Shown in pieces: positions 56,616 to 64,000 of a stretch of DNA of 64,000 nt. Within the stretch, counting starts at the first letter, position 1, and every line of letters starts with the position of its first letter. Below the pieces are notes generated by a model, which worked only from the letters and a program-made list of their open reading frames with translations, was not told the origin of the DNA and searched no databases. The DNA is from the human T2T-CHM13v2.0 reference genome, Homo sapiens, in NCBI RefSeq assembly GCF_009914755.1, contig NC_060940.1. One strand, 5' to 3'. The position numbers were made by a program, and so were the translations under genes.

Positions 56616-58138
56616 CCATCATCTCACAGAGAGTAACTGTCAGGCAGGGTCTAAATCTAAGGCTGACCTTATCCAGATATTGGGCCTTTAACTGTGTAGC
56701 TACACTCTGTTCCTATAGCTAGTATAATGCCCTGCACCAATACTCAGTCACACATTTTAATATTTGTCCCCTAAAGTATCATGTCACTTTCATACTTTTT
56801 TCATTTTTAACATATGTGAATCCAGGAGCCAATTACGTGTTAGTAAATGATGAAAACACTAAAGCTGTGGTATAGGTTGACCAGCGACATTCAGCTGCAG
56901 TTTGTTTGGCTATAAAAAATATATATATATAAACACAGACAAAGACCTAGAGGTAGATGCACACAGACATGCATACATAGACAGATTTTCTTCTTGATCT
57001 TCTTTTGAAAATCAATAATTTTGAATACTAAGCAGCTAAATTATTCAAATGAATCTCGGATTATCTGATGCCTTAGAACTGTTTTCTTCCCTCCAAGGTA
57101 CATTCTGAATAGATTGACTATTTGACTTTAGGACTAAAAAAGTAAATCACCTCCTTGTCTCTTCAATTGTTATCACCTTCTTTCATATCTCTGTTTGCAT
57201 TGCTGTGTATTTCCTGAAGCAAACAAAGAAACAAAAAAATTTATTTGTGTATAGTAATTGCAGATTGTGATTGATAAAAATAAATGCCAACTTTAGGTGG
57301 AGTCTATTCTCTTCCTGCAGGTGAAATTATGTAGAAGGTTTAGATTAAAGTGCAAAAAGCTTTGCACATTAATTTAAGAGAATATATTTACTATAACTGA
57401 GTATTTTAGTTAGACTTTTCTCTAGCTACTTCTAATATTAAGAAAGGCATTCTTATTTACAATTCAATCATCAACTCTTGCTTACATTTAGTAGCAAGCA
57501 TTATACAAATGTAACTTCAACTATGTAAGGATTTCCCCTTAAAGTGTAATCAAGCCCATCTTATCTCTCTACTTTTCTTGCATAGAATCTACTTAAAAGG
57601 AGTTTACAATTCACTGCCTACCCTACCTTGCCCAGCTATGCCTCAGCTTCCTGTATTCTTACTTCCTACATATTCATTGTTGCCCAGAAACTTCCCTCAC
57701 TAATGCATTGATGATTTCTCCTGGTATAGTTTAGTGAATAATATTAGTTTTTATTTTAGCTGAACTCCTCATGGTCTTTGACTTTGATTTCTCTCGCCTG
57801 CTTAACACTTTGTGACTTGTGCTTCTTTGACACGCTGCTCTCTTATGGTTGTATTTGTGCCTCTAACAGTGCATTTTTAGGCTTTATTCTTAGATTCCTC
57901 TCTCACCTACTTACCTAGGAGGAATTCCCATCTTTTCCCTATGTCCAGCACCTTTGCTTCCTGTACACACTCTCTCCAGAGGAAAATTCCATCCACTCAA
58001 ATTCCATGATGATCTTAAAACACGACTCTCAAATATTTCCAAAGCAGACCTCTTTCCTGCAATCCATTTCCATGTTATTTCTGTCTTCCTACTTGGAATC
58101 TTAACTAGAACATCTATGGGTACTTCTACTTCAAACTT

Positions 58139-58165
58139 TGTGTGTGTGTATGTGTGTGTGTGTGT
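58139..58165. repeat. (TG)n microsatellite
   Basis: Direct read; one interruption. Confidence 0.85.
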
Positions 58166-58439
58166 ATCTCCTACAGAACTGGGTTGTTCCAGATGAGTTT
58201 CTGGCAACTTTAAAGAGACAAAACAGGAATGATAATATAGATTTTTTTTTCTTTTCTTTAAAATCATATGTGCTAAGTACTGTGAATGCTTTCTTCTAAT
58301 TTTTATGGGTTTTTATTGTTTCTTCGGGGTTTTTTTGTATCCAACAACATATCTTTAGACTCATGCATTTAAAAAATGTTTTATAAAGTACTTTCTGGAC
58401 TATGAACTATTTTACCTATCTAATTATCATCTTTTTACT

Positions 58440-59010
58440 TGTAAAGAACATGGCTGCGCTTTGGCCAAGGATAGGTCAAGGTAAACATCCAGAGTGACTC
58501 AGCAAGTTTGGAGCTCAGGCGTGTAACTCCACTTGTTATCATAGCATGTAGCCATAACGTGGAAAGGCCATCCCTTGGTTCTAAGCCTCTATTGTCTGTA
58601 AAAGGTATAATTGCCCTGCCTACACTGTACAGGCACATTGGTGCCCAGAGAAAGAGAGAGAGAGAGAGAGAGTCAGAGCTGTCCATCTTTGCAAACAAAC
58701 AAGGGGTTGGGGGGCAGAGAGTGCAGGATACAGCTTGGCTCGCTTGTGCCCAAAGAGAGAAAGAGTTAGGCTACTGACCCTGAAGGCAAGGGAGAGCCAG
58801 CTGCGCAGCCGTGTGTGTGGGAGCCATCAGACTATGCAGCCAAGACAGGATGGACAGTGTGAGAAAGCTGCTGATGAGAGCTGCTGCTGAATAAAATAAT
58901 CTTTCACCTGCCTACCCGCTGCACCCCCCACCCTCCTGAGTGTTCTTTCTGCTCATCCACCCACTCCCTCAAACCTTAGCATGGTCTGAAACCTGACCCT
59001 GAGCATGACA
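58440..59010 (+). mobile_element. LTR18B-like solo LTR (ERVL)
   Basis: TG...CA termini; perfect 5-bp TSD ttact (58435-58439 / 59011-59015); AP-1 site TGACTCA; internal (GA)n; AATAAA. Confidence 0.85.
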
Positions 59011-59603
59011 TTACTGTATTTCTATAATATTTTTTCTGTACCTTTCCCTTGTTGTGCTACCATAAGCACATCCCTTGCATATTTCTGTGATCCATGCCAC
59101 ACTGTATCATAGCCACATACTTAATCTTTTGTCTCTTATACTATGAGCTGCTTGGGTGAAATGAGTTCTTTTTGCCTCTATTGGTATCTCCTATGCAGGC
59201 TAATATTGGTGATAGATATAGGTCTATTCAGTGTATTTAGCTGCTGCCTAGTATTCTATCATATGAATACATTACATTATATTTATCAATTCCCAGTTAA
59301 TATGCTCTTCAGTTATTCTCATATTTCATTGTTTCAAATAATGCTGCAACGAATATTCTGATGGTTTTCTAATCCCCAGTTTTCTTTTTATAAATATATT
59401 TAAATTAAGAACACTTGCTTAAGTACTAGGATGTTGTATTTCTTTTTAAAATATGGGAAACAAATGTATTTTTTAGCTGTTAGCAAAATGTAAATACTCC
59501 TATTTAGATAAGCCAGCTTAGTGTTTATGGTTGGCTAGATACTTTTAAGGATCTTACACTGGGTCCTATTATATACATGTTAACATGCCACCCTTCATTC
59601 TTA

Positions 59604-59745
59604 GTGTGTGTGTGTGTGTGTGTGTGTGTTTATATCTATATATCTATATAGATAGATATAAATAAAACATCAATATAGAATATATATTATATATATTCTT
59701 CGTGTGTGTATATATAACATTAATATATAATATATATAATTAATG
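59604..59745. repeat. (GT)n plus TA-rich low-complexity tract
   Basis: Direct read. Confidence 0.8.
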
Positions 59746-60769
59746 TTACTGATCACATTGCTTTGTTTATAATGTTAATCTGCTTATATTAAGTATTTTT
59801 TTATCCTTACGCACATTTTGAAAAGGACTGTGGCTGAAACCATCATAATAAAACATATCCCTCTTTGTTAAAAGACCAGCTTATGTCTCTGCATTAATTT
59901 TCCTTCTTCTCTTTCACAGATAATTAATAGAAGATACTGGGAAGTACTTAACTTTACTTCAACCTATTTGAAGTTTATTACCCTTGTGACTCATGCATCA
60001 CCACCACCAAAAATGGATAAACTGTAAAATCTACCAGAATAAATCCCCCTTTCAAAAACTGCAACTCCCAAACCTGCTAACAGTACATTTTCAGACTGCC
60101 CTCTCCAATAACTGTTTCCCACAGAGCAAAAAGCTTTTAGTGCATTGCAAATGATGCACTCTTCTCAGAAGCTTGATTCTCAAACTCTCATTTCTGATAT
60201 GCTTCAGGTTGCTGCACTCTGATCTACTCATTCAGTGCTCTCTCTTCATGCCATTAATATGAAGCTTTCTGTTTTGACATTTAGTTGTTTCAGGAAATGG
60301 GCATTTGATTCGTGGAAGAAAAATCTGTATCTCTAAGAGAGCTGCATTGAAAAAGAAATAAAGGCGTAGTGTATTAAAACCCTGCTTATTTAGCAACCCT
60401 CTTAATTTCAGTGAATTGTTTAGTAGGTTTTATGCTGATAAAAGTCTGCATCATGATTCATTTTTCTTATGTTCCTTCCTAGATGCACTATCTTTCCATC
60501 TTTCACTCATTGCTGCACATTTTTTTCTGGATAGTGTCTTGCTTCTAATCAATCTTCTTACGATTTCTCTCCCACCCACCACCCTTTCTTGTACCCAAGG
60601 CTAATTCTTGATGTCTTCGTTGCATGGTGCAACAAGGAAAGTTGTTCTCAGCTAATATTTCATATGCGCCCCCAAATCTATCAGATCCTTTGCATTAAGG
60701 CAGGTCCACATTAGTTCTTGATGATGGGCTATTGGTGAGAGCAAAATAGGGAACTTCAATGGAAGCACG

Positions 60770-60965
60770 GAGGAGGGGTTAGAGTATGCTACCCTCTGTT
60801 GGTTTCTTTTTTAGCCAATGGAGAGCCTGGTCCCTGAATGACCTTGAACAGTACATGACAACATGTGATAGACAAATGGAAATAAAATCTGTTTTGTTGA
60901 ATCCCTCAGATTTAGGGGGTAAATTGTTCCTGAAGCATACACTAGCCTGTCTTTGCTAGTGAACA
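60770..60965 (+). mobile_element. MLT1J/K-like LTR 3' fragment
   Basis: gaaataaaatctgttttgttgaatccctcagatttaggggg...ttgttcctgaagcata...ctagcctgtc. Confidence 0.5.
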
Positions 60966-62475
60966 AGTCATAGCTCTCTGGAGTCTTTCGGTTAGAGATC
61001 CAAAAATTGTTTGTTTCTCAAAGTCTTTCAAAATCAAATTTCACTCTCCTAATTTCATAGAACTTTATTCTGGATAATCTAATCTATTCAAATTCTTCTG
61101 TCCTTGACTCTGTTGTTGTTTTACTTTATTTTAATTTTATTTTTTCTATATTACTCTTTTGCTCACAGTCTTTCAATTGTTCACCATTGTTCTTAGGATA
61201 AATTTCAAACTCCTTTATAAAGCTTATAAAGTCCTTTTTGTTCTGGTTGTTCCTACATTTTCAGCTTCATTGTTTGCTGGTCTTCTGTTTTCCTTCTCTT
61301 TTTCCAGCCTGGAAGCCTTTTCTCCCTATCACTACCCCCAACCTACATACTGCTTTACCACCTCTGTTTTGTGCTACTATAGCACATCCCTGGCATACTT
61401 CTGTGATCAGTACCACACCATATCATAGCCACACGCTTAAACTTTTGTCCCCTATACTGTGGGCTGCTTGGATGAAATGAGTTCTCTTTGCCTCTATTGA
61501 TATCTCCTTGCATGTTGATCCTTATATGTGATGTCTGCTGTACATGTTGACCTGTATTTACAGGTTTCCACTAAACAGTGAGTTACTCAGAGACACCTGT
61601 TCTTGTCTCCAGTTTAGGACCTTTTGCAGATACTGCTAGGCAACATTATACTTGCTTCACCGTAGCTTTCATGCTGTATTTTCATTGTTTGGTTGCTTCT
61701 TCATACATGACACTAACTTGTAAGCTCTGCTTCAGTCCCTCTTGTTGGTGTGTGTTTTTAATGGCCAGCACGGGGCCTGGAACATGAAGAATGTTATTTA
61801 GAAACACTCTTAATTTCAGTGAGTTGTTAAGTAGGTTTTATAATGATAAAAGTCTGCATCATTTTGATTCAGCAGTGCACTGATCAAAATGTATTCTTCA
61901 TGCTGGCGAAGGCTGTTCCCTTTTCTCTAAATGTTTTCTCTTCCCAGTACATATCATGTCTCTTCCAGGGGGCCTCCTGTATGATTTTATCCCACCGAGT
62001 TCTCTTAGTTTGAGATACTCTTATAGACTTATTCACTACTATCCATTTTAGTATTCTTTTCAACCTTAGTTGTTTAATTGCCTGAGTGTTTTTTTCCCAG
62101 TTATAACCTTTGTAAACAGGGTCGATTTAGAGTAAATTATGGTATTCAACAGACACTTAGCTTGATCTAAGTAGTATGTTGGAACATAAGTATAAATGAG
62201 GAAATGGTCTGTCCTCAGGACATTCGGAATCTAATAGATAAAATATAAGCAGATACACAGAGGTGACGATTTTACTTTTATAATAGATGTATGAGCAATG
62301 ATCTGTGTGCCAAGATAGTGTAACTGCTAAAAATATTTTAATGTACAAAAACCATAGAAAACCTTTTAATAAAAAGCAATACATGAAATCATGGAAAGTA
62401 GAGTTATTCACATTGATTGTCAATCCTGGTCAAGTGAAGTAAAACCTCAGAGAATAATTTTATTCAGAATTTCTT

Positions 62476-62776
62476 GAACTAGGCACAGTGGCTCATGCCT
62501 GTAATTCCAGGACTTTGGGAGGCTGAGGCAGACAGATCACCTGAGGTCAGGAGTTCAAGACCAGCCTAACCAACATAGTGAAACCCCATCTTTACTAAAA
62601 ATACAAAAATTAGCTAGGTGTGGTGGCAGGCATCTGTAATCCCAGCTACTCAAGAGGCTGAAGCAGGAGAATCTCTTGAACCCGAGAGGTGTAGGTTACA
62701 GTGAGCCAAGATTGTGCCACTGCACTGAGGCCCAGGTGACAGAGTGAGATCTGTCTCAAAAAAAAAAAAAAAAAAA
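62476..62776 (+). mobile_element. AluSx-like
   Basis: Full Alu with A-tail; TSD-like gaatttct on both sides. Confidence 0.92.
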
Positions 62777-64000
62777 GGAATTTCTGAGTTCTGTTTTCAT
62801 TATTTGGAAGGAAAGAAGGAGGGAAGGAAGGAAGGAAGTCAGTCCCATTGCTTTCCATCTCTTTTTCTTTAACTATTTCTTTTTACTTTACTGTTCTTAC
62901 TTTTCTTTCTTCCCAACTTGCCATTTCAAGCCCCACCTACTCTACTCTCTAAAGATAGTTTTGATCATTTCTAGCCTTGCTGGTTCTATCCTCTCCACCC
63001 CAATACACACACATACACACACAATCTAATTAGCTAAACCATTTTTCCATCCTTAAATACTTCTCCATTTTTTTCTATATCCTTCTTCATCTTGGCCCAG
63101 TTAAAAGTATGTGGACAATAAAAATAGTGACATTATTAGTATTTCACTTGTGATCCAAGACTGTGCTAATTTTCTCTGTAGATGAATTTGTGATGCTTTA
63201 GAAAGATCATTCAATCTTCAGAGATATGTTGATTCTAAGTAGAAAGAGATAAAATACCTACTACTGTATCAGCACTGGGATAGTCATGAGAAAAAATGTA
63301 GATTAATGCCCTTACTAAGCTACTAAGGAAGGTGGTTTGTAAACCAACAGAGAGGTAAAAAGCCCAATTTATATGACACAGACTCTATTTAAAGAAAACT
63401 TAATTTTATATTATGAATATTCACTCTCCTATCTTATTCTGAACATAGGAAATAGCTCAGAGTTGTATTTATTTATTCCTCACTTTGTCCCAAAAAGGGA
63501 TTTAAGATAGCTTATGAGGATATTAAAATACATCAAAGCACGTAATTAGAAATAGGTGAGAAAGTAGAAAAATAACAAGAGCAGCAACCTGATGGAGAAC
63601 CAGAAATAGGGCAAAATAGAAGTATACTTTCAGAAAGTTTTATATACTTGCTACTATTTCTAAAATTTTCAGCAACCCATGTTGAAAAAATTTAATCAGC
63701 TATGACATTCATGATATTCAGAATATCAAAACAAACTATTGAGGAAGAGACGGTCAAATGAGGTAGGGTATTCTCCCAAGAGGGCTCAGGAAAGACACTA
63801 TATAATATAATGCATAGCATTATCAACAATATTCACAACATCTTTGCAGTAACCATGGTGAGTTCCATAAAGCAGCTCCCTGTAGCATTCTTCTATATAG
63901 GCTGATGGTACCATATTAAATTAAAATTCAATGTAAGACACTGTTGTTCCTTTCTGTAGGAGGGGGTGGGGATGGAGGAGTAAGAAAGTCTAGCTCAATA

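Overview
This is AT-rich, repeat-dense primate genomic DNA, most likely human given the AluY, L1PA2-type L1 and HERV-H content. I can support no intact host protein-coding gene; the supplied ORFs are mostly Alu, L1 or LTR read-throughs or retroviral/transposase remnants. The main structure is a near full-length Tigger2 DNA transposon (17509-29525, minus strand) split by two younger insertions. The first is a twin-primed, 5'-inverted L1PA2-type element (17740-19010). The second is an 8.05-kb HERV-H/LTR7 provirus (21020-29074, minus) with a 5-bp TSD, tRNA-His PBS, gag/pro/pol remnants and a full-length but broken env. The provirus has several oddities: asymmetric LTRs (5' TATA mutated, 3' LTR with a duplicated 51-bp enhancer block), a leader deletion that appears to remove the usual splice donor, and an in-frame 3x63-bp repeat at the end of RNase H. 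Other items are a full-length U4 snRNA retrocopy nested in an L1 inside an LTR, a 42-nt 5S rRNA retro-fragment with TSDs in possibly decayed coding DNA, a four-layer transposon nest, a perfect 20-bp inverted repeat and an old local duplication. I found no convincing new biological system; the findings are locus-level curiosities. Repeat family names come from recalled consensus sequences and need RepeatMasker/Dfam confirmation.
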